Assembly: GCA_963708725.1 (NCBI GenBank)
Contig: CAVPTL010000018.1
Location: 50,075 to 114,074, forward strand
Direction of reading: 5' to 3'
Source of the DNA: an uncultured Actinomycetes bacterium
GTDB taxonomy: Bacteria; Actinomycetota; Thermoleophilia; Gaiellales; JAICJC01
Length of the DNA stretch: 64,000 bases
Notes under the pieces: model-generated
What the model was told of the DNA's origin: nothing
Seen by the model: only the letters and a program-made list of their open reading frames with translations
Databases searched by the model: none
Made by a program: the position numbers and the translations under genes
Part shown: positions 1 to 7,901 of the stretch, piece after piece
How positions within the stretch are numbered: position 1 is the first letter of the stretch
Layout of the letters: every line of letters begins with the position of its first letter

Positions 1-70
1 TAACATCTGATTACACAACCTGGTGATACCGCTTTAAACACCTACGCTCCTGCGTGTTCGTCCATAAAAC

Positions 71-1441
71 ATGCGAGGAGTGAGCAGGTTGTCGATCAGA
101 ATCCGAATCATGGCCACGGCCGGTGTGGCCGTCCTGGTGTCGAGCGTGTTGGGGGTTTCGCTGGCGTCGGCTGCCACGGTCGCGGGGCCGAAGGTGACGG
201 CGTTCGCGCCGGTGACGGGGGCTGTCGGGACGAATGTGGTCGTGACCGGGACCGGGCTCACGGGCGCCACGAGTGTCGAGTTCGGAGGCAAAGCGGCGGC
301 CTACACCGTGAACTCCGCCACTCAGATAACCGCGACCGTGCCGAGCGGGGCGTTGACCGGGAAGATTCGGGTGGCGACGGCCGCCGGTGCGGTGCAGGCT
401 GCCACGGTGTTTACCGTGGTGAAGGCGGTCGTTCCAAAGACGACCGGCTTCAGCCCTGCCAGCGGGCCTGTGGGCACCCATGTCGTGATCACCGGCACCG
501 GGTTCACCGGCGCCACCAGCGTCCGGTTCGCCGGCGCCAAGGAAGCGACGTACATCGTCGACTCCCCCACTCAGATCACAGCCACCGTCCCCACCGGTGC
601 TGTGACGGGCAAGCTCCGGATCGCCACCCCGGCGGGCGCGGTGCAGACCGCCTCGAGTTTTGTCATCAGCAAGCTGGCCGCGCCGGTGGTGTCGTCGATC
701 GACCGTACCGGTGGGTGGGTGGATTATCCGGTCGAGATCACCGGTAGCCGGTTCACAGGCGCGACCGGGGTCACGTTCGGCGGTGTCGCCGCAGACAGGT
801 TTACGGTCGACTCTGACACGCAAATCACCGCCTACGTTCCGACTGGCGCGGTCACCGGGCCGATCCGGGTCACAACCCCGGGCGGTAGCGCGGCTGCTCC
901 GACGTTCACGGTCTACCCGATGTGGTACGTCGGGATCGACAGGCCGTCCGCCGCGGTGGGTGACACGGTCACGTTCTCACTCCAGTTCCCCGGCACCGTC
1001 ACGCTTGCTTCCGTGACGTTCAACGGGGTGCGAGCGACCCTCGCCCCGTATGGGGCAGCGTTCCCCGGGGGCGTTTTGCTCGCACAGATTCGGGTTGTCG
1101 TGCCTCAGGGAGCGGCCACCGGCCCGGTGTCGTTCACGTTCGCCGGCGACCCGGCGACCTACACGCTTCCGATCCCGTTCACGGTGATCAACGTCCCGGC
1201 TCCGACGGTGTCGTCGATCAGCCGGGCAAGCGGTCCGGTGGGGAGCACGGTGGTGATCACCGGCACGAACCTCTCGCGAGCGACCAGTGTCACCTTCGGT
1301 GGTGTGCTTGCCACGGTGGGCGGCATCGACTCCGACACGCAGATCACAGCGGTCGTGCCTGCAGGCGCGGTAACCGGCCCGATCCAGGTCACCACGCCGA
1401 CCGGCGTCGCGAGCTCCCCCACGTTCACCGTCACCCAGTAG
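71..1441 (+). CDS. Secreted protein with five tandem IPT/TIG (Ig-like fold) domains
   Basis: 456-aa ORF. Signal-like N-terminus (MATAGVAVLVSSVLGVSLASA). Five ~80-90-aa repeats share VxITGTGFTGATSVxFGG...DSxTQITAxVPxGAVTGxIxVTTPxG, the classic IPT/TIG pattern. Alternative ATG at 110. No LPXTG or TM anchor after the last repeat. Confidence 0.8.
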   Translation: MRGVSRLSIRIRIMATAGVAVLVSSVLGVSLASAATVAGPKVTAFAPVTGAVGTNVVVTGTGLTGATSVEFGGKAAAYTVNSATQITATVPSGALTGKIRVATAAGAVQAATVFTVVKAVVPKTTGFSPASGPVGTHVVITGTGFTGATSVRFAGAKEATYIVDSPTQITATVPTGAVTGKLRIATPAGAVQTASSFVISKLAAPVVSSIDRTGGWVDYPVEITGSRFTGATGVTFGGVAADRFTVDSDTQITAYVPTGAVTGPIRVTTPGGSAAAPTFTVYPMWYVGIDRPSAAVGDTVTFSLQFPGTVTLASVTFNGVRATLAPYGAAFPGGVLLAQIRVVVPQGAATGPVSFTFAGDPATYTLPIPFTVINVPAPTVSSISRASGPVGSTVVITGTNLSRATSVTFGGVLATVGGIDSDTQITAVVPAGAVTGPIQVTTPTGVASSPTFTVTQ

Positions 1442-1449
1442 CGACCGAT

Positions 1450-1488
1450 GGGGTGAATAAATGGTGCCAGGCACCATTTATTCACCCC
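1450..1488. repeat. Perfect palindrome, family copy 1 (19-bp arms, 1-nt centre)
   Basis: GGGGTGAATAAATGGTGCC-A-GGCACCATTTATTCACCCC. Starts 9 nt after the stop at 1441. AT-rich core in a GC-rich context. Confidence 0.9.
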
Positions 1489-1586
1489 GGAAGAATCGGT
1501 CAAGAGGGTGTCTCCCCTACCTCTGTGACTGTCGATACAGACAGCACGGCTCCGCTACACGGAGCGACCTATGGAGGGGGGAACGG

Positions 1587-2444
1587 TTGAAATCCAAGAT
1601 TCGGATCAGCACTGGTCTGCTCGCGGTCCTTGTAGTAGGGCTGATCGGACCGGCTGCGGCCGGAGCAGCGGTGACGCGGGGACCCGCGGTCACGCCGCCG
1701 GGCGACTCGTTTGACTTCGGCAGCGTCACCGTCGGACAGACGGCGTCACAGGTATTCACGCTGTCGGCGACTCGGTGGGATCGCTGGGACGGAAGGCTCA
1801 AGGTAAGCCTCACGGGCTCCTCGGCATTCAAGATTGCCTCGGACGGGTGCTCCGGCAAGTTCTTGACGTTCCGAAACCCGTCGTGCGAGGTGACGGTCAA
1901 CTACACCCCGACCACAGCCGGCAATGCCGACGCAACGACTCTCCAGGTCGCCGGCGTTCGCTCGTTCTGGTGGCATCGCTGGCATTGGCGTCACCCCCGG
2001 GCAACCGGAGTGGCGATCACCGGCACCGGCACCACCAACGGTGGCGGAGGCGGCGGTGGCGGAAACACCGGCCCGGCGAACCTGCAACTCACGCCCGGCA
2101 CGCTTGCCTCGAGCTCGGGTGGCACGAACTCCTACACCTACGACTTCGGGCAGATCAAGACGGCCACGACCAGCTTCACCGTCAAGAACGTCGGTGGCAC
2201 GACCTCACTTCCGCTCGTGCTGAACGGGTGGGACGCCGGCGGCTACGCCCTGACCAACGACACGTGCAGCGGCCAAACGCTGGCGGCCAACGCGACATGC
2301 ACCTTCTCGGAGACCTGGAGCGCCAACTCCGATCCGATGTGTGACGCGGTTGGAACGCCGGTCGGCCTCGAACCATCGATCGACTCTGCGGACGAGTCCA
2401 CCACCTACATCGGTGTGGATCTCTCCGCGAAGTGCGGGCGCTAA
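1587..2444 (+). CDS. Secreted two-module beta-sandwich-like protein (choice-of-anchor-D/ASH-like, tentative)
   Basis: In-frame TTG at 1587 follows GGAGGGGGG (1573-1581). Signal peptide LKSKIRISTGLLAVLVVGLIGPAAAGAA. Two modules each carry a Cys pair (SDGCSGK..NPSCEV; NDTCSGQ..NATCTF), joined by a GGGGGGGG linker. The track start at 1461 lies inside the palindrome and is not used. Confidence 0.55.
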   Translation: MKSKIRISTGLLAVLVVGLIGPAAAGAAVTRGPAVTPPGDSFDFGSVTVGQTASQVFTLSATRWDRWDGRLKVSLTGSSAFKIASDGCSGKFLTFRNPSCEVTVNYTPTTAGNADATTLQVAGVRSFWWHRWHWRHPRATGVAITGTGTTNGGGGGGGGNTGPANLQLTPGTLASSSGGTNSYTYDFGQIKTATTSFTVKNVGGTTSLPLVLNGWDAGGYALTNDTCSGQTLAANATCTFSETWSANSDPMCDAVGTPVGLEPSIDSADESTTYIGVDLSAKCGR

Positions 2445-2459
2445 AAGCCCCGACTGTCC

Positions 2460-2498
2460 AGGGGTGAATAACGGTGCCTGGCACCGTTATTCACCCCT
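2460..2498. repeat. Perfect palindrome, family copy 2 (19-bp arms, 1-nt centre)
   Basis: AGGGGTGAATAACGGTGCC-T-GGCACCGTTATTCACCCCT. Lies between convergent stops at 2444 (+) and 2498 (-). Its last base is the first base of the chrA stop triplet on the plus strand. Confidence 0.9.
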
Positions 2499-3652
2499 CA
2501 CGACGGGAGCTGGCCGCCGGCGGCGGCCACCGCCACTCCAGCCGCGGCGGCGAGCAGGAGCGTCTCCACCACCGGCCGGCGAGCCACAAGCAGCAGCACC
2601 GCAGCTCCGGCAAGCACCGCGTACTGCCATGGCTCGGAGATCGCGCGGGCCAGCGGTACCGCAGAGCCGAGGATCGCGCCGATGGCCGCCGGCCCGGCAC
2701 CTGCGAGGAAGTCCTGCACGCGGCGGTTTCGGCGCAGGTCATCGAATCGCCTCCCACCCAGCAGCACGAACATGAACGACGGTGTGAACGCGACCGTCGC
2801 GGCAAGCACGCCGCCCTTGATGCCGTCGGCGGCGTATCCCACGGCGGTCACGGTGTGGATGACCGGCCCCGGTGTGACCTGCCCGAGCGCGACGGCATTC
2901 AGAAACTGGGCCGAGGTCATCCAGTGGTAGTGGTTCACCGCATCGGCCTGCATCAGGGGAATCACCACGAATCCCCCGCCGTAGGACAGCGCGCCGACCT
3001 TGAGCGCCACCCAGCAGAGCGAGAGCAGTCCCCCGGTCGCGACCGCCCCCGCTGCGAGCAGCGGCAACATCGAAACGACGGCCGGTGCGTCGGATAGCCC
3101 GCGTCGAAGCGCCACCTCACAGAGGCCACATCCAAGCAGCACGAGCACCAGCCAGGGACCGAGCGTCGCGGCCGACGCCGCGCCAAGCACCGCGTACACC
3201 AGCCATCGCTTCGACCGCGCGCTTCGCGTCCAGCTCGAGGACACCAGTCCCATCCCCGCGTGGAGTGCGACCGCCGCCACCGCCGCTCCGGCCCCTGCAC
3301 CGGCGCCCCGCACCCACCGCGGCGGCGAGTTCGAGAGAAACAGCGCGGCCAGTGCCAGGATCAGGATCATTCCCGGCACGATGAAGGCGAGGCCTCCCAC
3401 CAGCGCGCCGAGCCGCCCGCGAACCCGCCACGCGCAGAAGATCGCAAGCTGGGTCGACGACGGCCCCGGCAGCAGGTTGCAGGCGGCCACCGCGTCCTCG
3501 AACTCCGCCGCGTCGATCCATGCACGGCGCTCGACGCACATCTCGCGCAGCATCGCGATGTGGGTCGGCGGGCCGCCAAACCCGATCACGCCGATCTGCC
3601 CCCACTCTCGAAGCACGTCACGCAGTCGCGGCGAAGTTGCCGTGGAACTCAA
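2498..3652 (-). CDS. chrA: Chromate ion transporter (CHR family)
   Basis: 384 aa and highly hydrophobic. FGGPPTHIAMLREMCVERRAWIDAAEFEDAVAACNLLPGPSSTQLA matches the CHR signature, and a second CHR half is present. TTG start at 3652; an in-frame GTG lies 36 nt downstream. Confidence 0.85.
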   Translation of the reverse strand: MSSTATSPRLRDVLREWGQIGVIGFGGPPTHIAMLREMCVERRAWIDAAEFEDAVAACNLLPGPSSTQLAIFCAWRVRGRLGALVGGLAFIVPGMILILALAALFLSNSPPRWVRGAGAGAGAAVAAVALHAGMGLVSSSWTRSARSKRWLVYAVLGAASAATLGPWLVLVLLGCGLCEVALRRGLSDAPAVVSMLPLLAAGAVATGGLLSLCWVALKVGALSYGGGFVVIPLMQADAVNHYHWMTSAQFLNAVALGQVTPGPVIHTVTAVGYAADGIKGGVLAATVAFTPSFMFVLLGGRRFDDLRRNRRVQDFLAGAGPAAIGAILGSAVPLARAISEPWQYAVLAGAAVLLLVARRPVVETLLLAAAAGVAVAAAGGQLPS

Positions 3653-3691
3653 CGACGAGGCTCGATCGGCGGTTCGACGTCAGCGCTTGCC

Positions 3692-4567
3692 ATGAGGTGT
3701 ACTTCGTGCATCGAGGATCGACCGAGACGCTACCAGCCATCCGATGCCGCGGTGCTTGCCGACCGGCTGGCGCGGGCCGGCTTCATCGCCGCCGAGCAGG
3801 AGGCCGCCGAGCTGCTCGCACGCGCCGATGGCGACGACGCATCGCTCGAGGCTCTCGTCGAACGGCGACTGACAGGGGAGCCACTCGCCTGGATCGTCGG
3901 CAGCGCGGTCTTTTGTGGAGTGCGAATCCGGATCGATCCCGGGGTGTATGTCCCACGCTGGCACAGCGAGATGCTCGCCAGCCGGGCGGTCGAGCGACTG
4001 CCGGCGCACGGGGTCGCGATCGACCTGTGCACCGGCTCTGGTGCGATTGCAAAAACGCTCGCCACCCACCGGCCGGACGCCTGGGTGGTCGGGTCGGACA
4101 TCGACGAAACCGCGATCGCGTGTGCGCGCGCAAACGGCGTCGACGCGTACCTCGGTGACATGTTCGCGCCGCTCCCCTCTCAGCTCCGCGGTCAGGTCGA
4201 CGTCGTGATCGGGATCGTTCCCTACGTCCCGACGGGAGAGCTCGCCTTACTCCAGCGCGACACCCTGACGTTCGAGTCGCGGGACTGGTACGAGGGCGGC
4301 GAAGACGGCCTTCAACTCGTGAGTCGGGTCGCCGACGAGGCCCGCGCGTATCTGCGGCCCGGCGGCGTCCTGGTGCTCGAGCTGGGCGGCGACCAGGCCG
4401 GCCCGTTCGGTGCCACCCTGGGACGACTTGGCTACAGCGTGGTCGACGTGCTGACCGACCCCAACGGCGACGTCCGCGGAATCGAGGCCCGGCTCGGCGC
4501 TACTTCGGGTGAAACAGCTGAAACAGATTCTTCGACACGTCCGGAGCGATCTGCTTGGAATACGTGA
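3692..4567 (+). CDS. HemK/PrmC-related class I SAM-dependent methyltransferase
   Basis: ATG at 3692 within track ORF 3260..4567; the upstream part is Arg-rich and overlaps chrA. SAM motif IDLCTGSGAI. HemK-like layout (GEPLAWIVG..F.G..I..DPGVYVPR) with IVPY where NPPY is expected. The C-terminal ~25 aa overlap the convergent gene. Confidence 0.75.
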   Translation: MRCTSCIEDRPRRYQPSDAAVLADRLARAGFIAAEQEAAELLARADGDDASLEALVERRLTGEPLAWIVGSAVFCGVRIRIDPGVYVPRWHSEMLASRAVERLPAHGVAIDLCTGSGAIAKTLATHRPDAWVVGSDIDETAIACARANGVDAYLGDMFAPLPSQLRGQVDVVIGIVPYVPTGELALLQRDTLTFESRDWYEGGEDGLQLVSRVADEARAYLRPGGVLVLELGGDQAGPFGATLGRLGYSVVDVLTDPNGDVRGIEARLGATSGETAETDSSTRPERSAWNT

Positions 4568-5429
4568 TCGTCATGTGCTCGGTGTCGCGGTAGACGATCG
4601 TATGGCCGATGATCGGGGGACACTTCCCTCCGGAGCAAAACCACTTCCTGGTGTGCATGTAGCGGTCGTGTGACTCTCCGACCATGCGCTCGATCGTCTG
4701 ATGTTCGGTGTTGAGTTCTCTCTGGTAGGTCTGGGTGCACGTGCCGATGGTCGCGCCGGTCTGGGTGAGACAGACCTTGGGGTTGATCGAAGGATGGCGC
4801 GGGTCATCCTCGATCACGATCACCCTGGGCACGACCTTGTTGAACGCCGTCAACTCCTTGTGCAGACCCGCATACATCTGCTCGGTCGGGATCCGGGGGT
4901 CGTAGTACTGGGCGACGATCATGAAGCTCGGTCGAAGCGCCTTGAGCCGTGGGATCACCTTGGGCCACCAGGTTGCACACACGGGGTTTCCGGTGCTCGA
5001 GGTCACGGCGGTCGCAACCCCCAATGTGCACCCGGTATGGATGACCGGCGTGATCGACCACGTGTGGTGCTTACCGAAATAGTCGAACGCGGGCATCCAG
5101 GCGGCCGCGTGGGAGTCGCCGAAGACGACGAACCGGCGCTTGGCCTTCACGTTTCCCAGCGTGCAGCGCTGACCGAGTCCGCCGCTGACCACGCAGCCGG
5201 TCGGTGAGTCCAACGACAGGTTTGTCAGCACCCTGGGGGTGATGACCGAGGCGATCGGCACCGCCAGCCGAGCGGGAGTCACGGCCTGTGTCACCGCCGC
5301 TGTGTAGGTGCTGTTGGGCTGAGCCACCATCGGGGCAAGCACAGCCGCCCACCCGGCGGTGGGCACAGCGGCGAGCCCGCTTGTGATCAGCAGACAGGCA
5401 ATCGTGGTGGTGAATCGACGTCGAGGCAT
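4500..5429 (-). CDS. Secreted stand-alone SGNH-type hydrolase domain protein (paralog of the C-terminal half of 5615..7645)
   Basis: ATG at 5429. Signal peptide MPRRRFTTTIACLLITSGLAAVPTAGWA. FVVFGDSHAAAWMPAFDYFG (GDSH block). Aligns along its whole length with residues ~400-676 of the neighbouring acyltransferase. Confidence 0.7.
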   Translation of the reverse strand: MPRRRFTTTIACLLITSGLAAVPTAGWAAVLAPMVAQPNSTYTAAVTQAVTPARLAVPIASVITPRVLTNLSLDSPTGCVVSGGLGQRCTLGNVKAKRRFVVFGDSHAAAWMPAFDYFGKHHTWSITPVIHTGCTLGVATAVTSSTGNPVCATWWPKVIPRLKALRPSFMIVAQYYDPRIPTEQMYAGLHKELTAFNKVVPRVIVIEDDPRHPSINPKVCLTQTGATIGTCTQTYQRELNTEHQTIERMVGESHDRYMHTRKWFCSGGKCPPIIGHTIVYRDTEHMTITYSKQIAPDVSKNLFQLFHPK

Positions 5430-5614
5430 GAGCTAATCCGCACCTTCGATTGAGGATTTCCGAATCCTTCGATGCGGTGGTTTCGCAGTCGGCTGATCCG
5501 TGCCCCCACCACTCCCCCACATCGGTGAGCCCACATCCCCGATCGGCGTAATCAGATCGCGCTCAAGGTGAGCCGCCATCCACCGATAGACCTGCCAGAG
5601 CTGTTGGAGCTCGC

Positions 5615-7645
5615 ATGTCTCGACCGATCACCTCGCGCTCAACACCCACAGGAGTAAACGGCGGTTTTCGCCCCGATATCCAGGGCCTCCGCGCAATAGC
5701 GGTACTCCTGGTCGCGCTGTGCCACGCCGGGGTGCCGTTCCTGGCGGGTGGCTACGTCGGTGTGGACGTGTTCTTTGTGATCTCGGGATTCCTCATCACC
5801 GGCTGGCTGCTTCGGCGGTTCGCGTCGTCTGGCCGGGTGCCGTTCACCCAGTTCTACGCGGCACGGGCGCGACGGATCCTCGCCGCATCCACCCTCACTC
5901 TGGTCGTGACCGTGATCGCCGCGTGGCACTACCTCAACTACATCCGGGCGGTGTCGGTCTTTCATGACGCCATCTGGGCGACGCTGTTTGCCGCCAACGT
6001 CCACTTCGCCGAGGTCGGCACCAACTACTTCGCCCAGGACAACCCCCCATCCCCGCTCCAGAACTTCTGGACGCTGGCGGTGGAGGAGCAGTTCTACATC
6101 GTGTGGCCAGCGCTTTTGGCACTGGCGCTGTTTGCTGCCCGTGGCCGTCGGATGCTCCTGATCATCCCCGTGAGCGCGGTGGTTTTGGCCTCGCTCGGAT
6201 TCTGCATCCACGACACCCGCGTCAACCCGGTCGGTGCGTACTTCTCAACCTTCGCGCGGGGCTGGGAGTTCGGTCTGGGAGCGTTGATCGCGATCGGTGC
6301 AGCCGAGCTTTCGCGGATCCCCGGCGGTGTCCGGGCATGCATGTCGTGGGTCGGCCTGGCGGGCATCGTGCTGGCGGGGGTGCTGTTCACGAGCACCACC
6401 GAGTTTCCCGGGTACGCGGCCCTGCTTCCGGTGCTCGCCACCGTGCTCGTGATCGTCGGCGGTTTGGGGGTGTCACATCGGTTTGGTGCGGGCATGCTGC
6501 TCCGACACCAGCCCTTCGCGCTGACCGGAGACGTGTCGTACGCGTTCTATCTGTGGCATTGGCCGATCCTCGTGATCGTGGCCGAGCATGCCGGCCACGA
6601 CCTGACCGTTTGGCAGAATCTCGGACTACTCGTCATCGGATTTGGAGTGAGCCTCATCACCTACTGGAGTTTTGAAAACCCCATCCGCCACTCGCGGGTG
6701 CTCTCGATGCCGCGGCCGGCACTCGCCATGTGGCCCGCGACGGTCGGGATGGTGCTGGGCCTTGCCCTGGTCGCGGTCTCGTCGGAGCCGGTGCTGGCAT
6801 CGACGGCCGCGCCGTCGGTGCCGATCGTCAAACACCCGCTGGGCACGTACACGGCGGCCGTCAGAAACAGCGTCGCGCCCGCGCGGCTCGCTTCGCCGAT
6901 CCCCACGGTGCTTCATCCGTCGATTGCGCAGCTCCCCTACGACAATCCCAGTGGCCAAGGCGGGTGCGACACCCGCGGTGGACTGGGGCTGCGATGTTCG
7001 GAGGGCGCCACGAAGAGCGCGAAGAAGTTCGTCGTGATCGGCGACTCCCACGCCGCCGCCTGGATGCCTGCACTCGATTACTTCGGGCGGAAGACCCACC
7101 GCCGGTTGATTCCCGTCGTCCACGCCGGTTGCACCCTGGGCGTCGCCTCGCGGCCCGGGAGTATCTGCGCCAAATGGTGGCCGAAGGCGCTCGCCCGGAT
7201 CAAGGCGCTGAAGCCCGGCTTCATCGTGGTTGCCCAGTACTACGACCCGCGTATCCCCAGGCAACAGATGTACGCCGGCCTCAACACGGAGCTCGTGGCG
7301 CTTCGCAAGCGGGTCAAGAAGATCATCTTCCTGGAGGACCCGCCGCGACACCCCGACATCAATCCCGTGGACTGTCTGCTGCGATCGGGGGCGACCCTCG
7401 GATCGTGCACGCTGCGGTTCCCCACCGAGCTCAACACCGAGCACGTCAGGATCCAAAAGTCGGTGGCCAACCACCACGATCGGTACCTGCGGACGAAGCG
7501 CTGGTTCTGTTACGGCGGTGAGTGCCCGATGGTGGTGGGTCGAACAATCGCCTACTGGGACACCGAACACATCACGCTGACGTACTCACGACAGATCGCG
7601 CCGGCGGTGAGCCACTACCTCCAGGCACTCGTCAGCAAGCCGTAG
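5615..7645 (+). CDS. Acyltransferase family 3 (OafA/YrhL-like) membrane protein with C-terminal SGNH domain
   Basis: 676 aa. ATG at 5615 preceded by GGAG. N-terminus FRPDIQGLRAIAVLLVALCHAG..GGYVGVDVFFVISGFLIT is typical of acyltransferase_3. About 10 hydrophobic segments, then FVVIGDSHAAAWMPALDYFG. Confidence 0.85.
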   Translation: MSRPITSRSTPTGVNGGFRPDIQGLRAIAVLLVALCHAGVPFLAGGYVGVDVFFVISGFLITGWLLRRFASSGRVPFTQFYAARARRILAASTLTLVVTVIAAWHYLNYIRAVSVFHDAIWATLFAANVHFAEVGTNYFAQDNPPSPLQNFWTLAVEEQFYIVWPALLALALFAARGRRMLLIIPVSAVVLASLGFCIHDTRVNPVGAYFSTFARGWEFGLGALIAIGAAELSRIPGGVRACMSWVGLAGIVLAGVLFTSTTEFPGYAALLPVLATVLVIVGGLGVSHRFGAGMLLRHQPFALTGDVSYAFYLWHWPILVIVAEHAGHDLTVWQNLGLLVIGFGVSLITYWSFENPIRHSRVLSMPRPALAMWPATVGMVLGLALVAVSSEPVLASTAAPSVPIVKHPLGTYTAAVRNSVAPARLASPIPTVLHPSIAQLPYDNPSGQGGCDTRGGLGLRCSEGATKSAKKFVVIGDSHAAAWMPALDYFGRKTHRRLIPVVHAGCTLGVASRPGSICAKWWPKALARIKALKPGFIVVAQYYDPRIPRQQMYAGLNTELVALRKRVKKIIFLEDPPRHPDINPVDCLLRSGATLGSCTLRFPTELNTEHVRIQKSVANHHDRYLRTKRWFCYGGECPMVVGRTIAYWDTEHITLTYSRQIAPAVSHYLQALVSKP

Positions 7646-7674
7646 TCCCCCGGTCGGTGTGACACGATGGTCCC

Positions 7675-7893
7675 ATGCCAGACGCACCCGACAACAATGC
7701 CGCCCTCGAGGCGTTCGGGTGGATCAACTCTGCGATCAATAACCTTGCCGAGTCGATTCACGCAGCCCGTCAATCGGGAGCGCTCACCGAACACGAGGAT
7801 GCCAGTATCCAAAAGGCGCTCGACGCCGCCGGCCCACCGCTCGCCCTACTCGAGCGCGAAATCGCGGTGGTCAGGCAACGCTTGACGAGCTAG
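7675..7893 (+). CDS. Hypothetical small helical protein (72 aa)
   Basis: ATG ORF with mostly G/C third positions. No recognisable motif. An overlapping ORF in another frame (7667..7885) is Arg/Ser/Pro-rich and less plausible. Confidence 0.4.
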   Translation: MPDAPDNNAALEAFGWINSAINNLAESIHAARQSGALTEHEDASIQKALDAAGPPLALLEREIAVVRQRLTS

Positions 7894-7901
7894 CAGACCG
7901 C

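Noticed and set aside
1450-1488. Palindromes as integron attC sites, DnaA boxes or known actinobacterial operators (Fur/Zur/IdeR/LexA/CIRCE/HAIR)
   Set aside because: They have no RYYYAAC/GTTRRRY core sites and no integrase. TTATTCAC differs from DnaA-box consensus, and the copies are not clustered as at an origin. The sequence does not match the named operator consensuses I know.
1461-1586. Track start (ATG 1461) for the second secreted protein
   Set aside because: The ATG lies inside the palindromic repeat, and the first 42 aa are non-signal-like. An in-frame TTG at 1587 follows a strong GGAGGGGGG and opens directly into a signal peptide.
4500-4567. Convergent gene overlaps (methyltransferase/SGNH 68 nt; pdxH/RmlD-like 23 nt) as functional antisense units
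   Set aside because: In this compact GC-rich genome these are most simply non-conserved C-terminal read-through tails, for example the methyltransferase tail GATSGETAETDSSTRPERSAWNT. There is no independent evidence of function.
5071-5520. 149-aa minus-strand ORF spanning the SGNH gene start and the divergent promoter region
   Set aside because: It is out of frame with the well-supported SGNH gene, has Arg/Gly-rich composition, and runs across the intergenic region.
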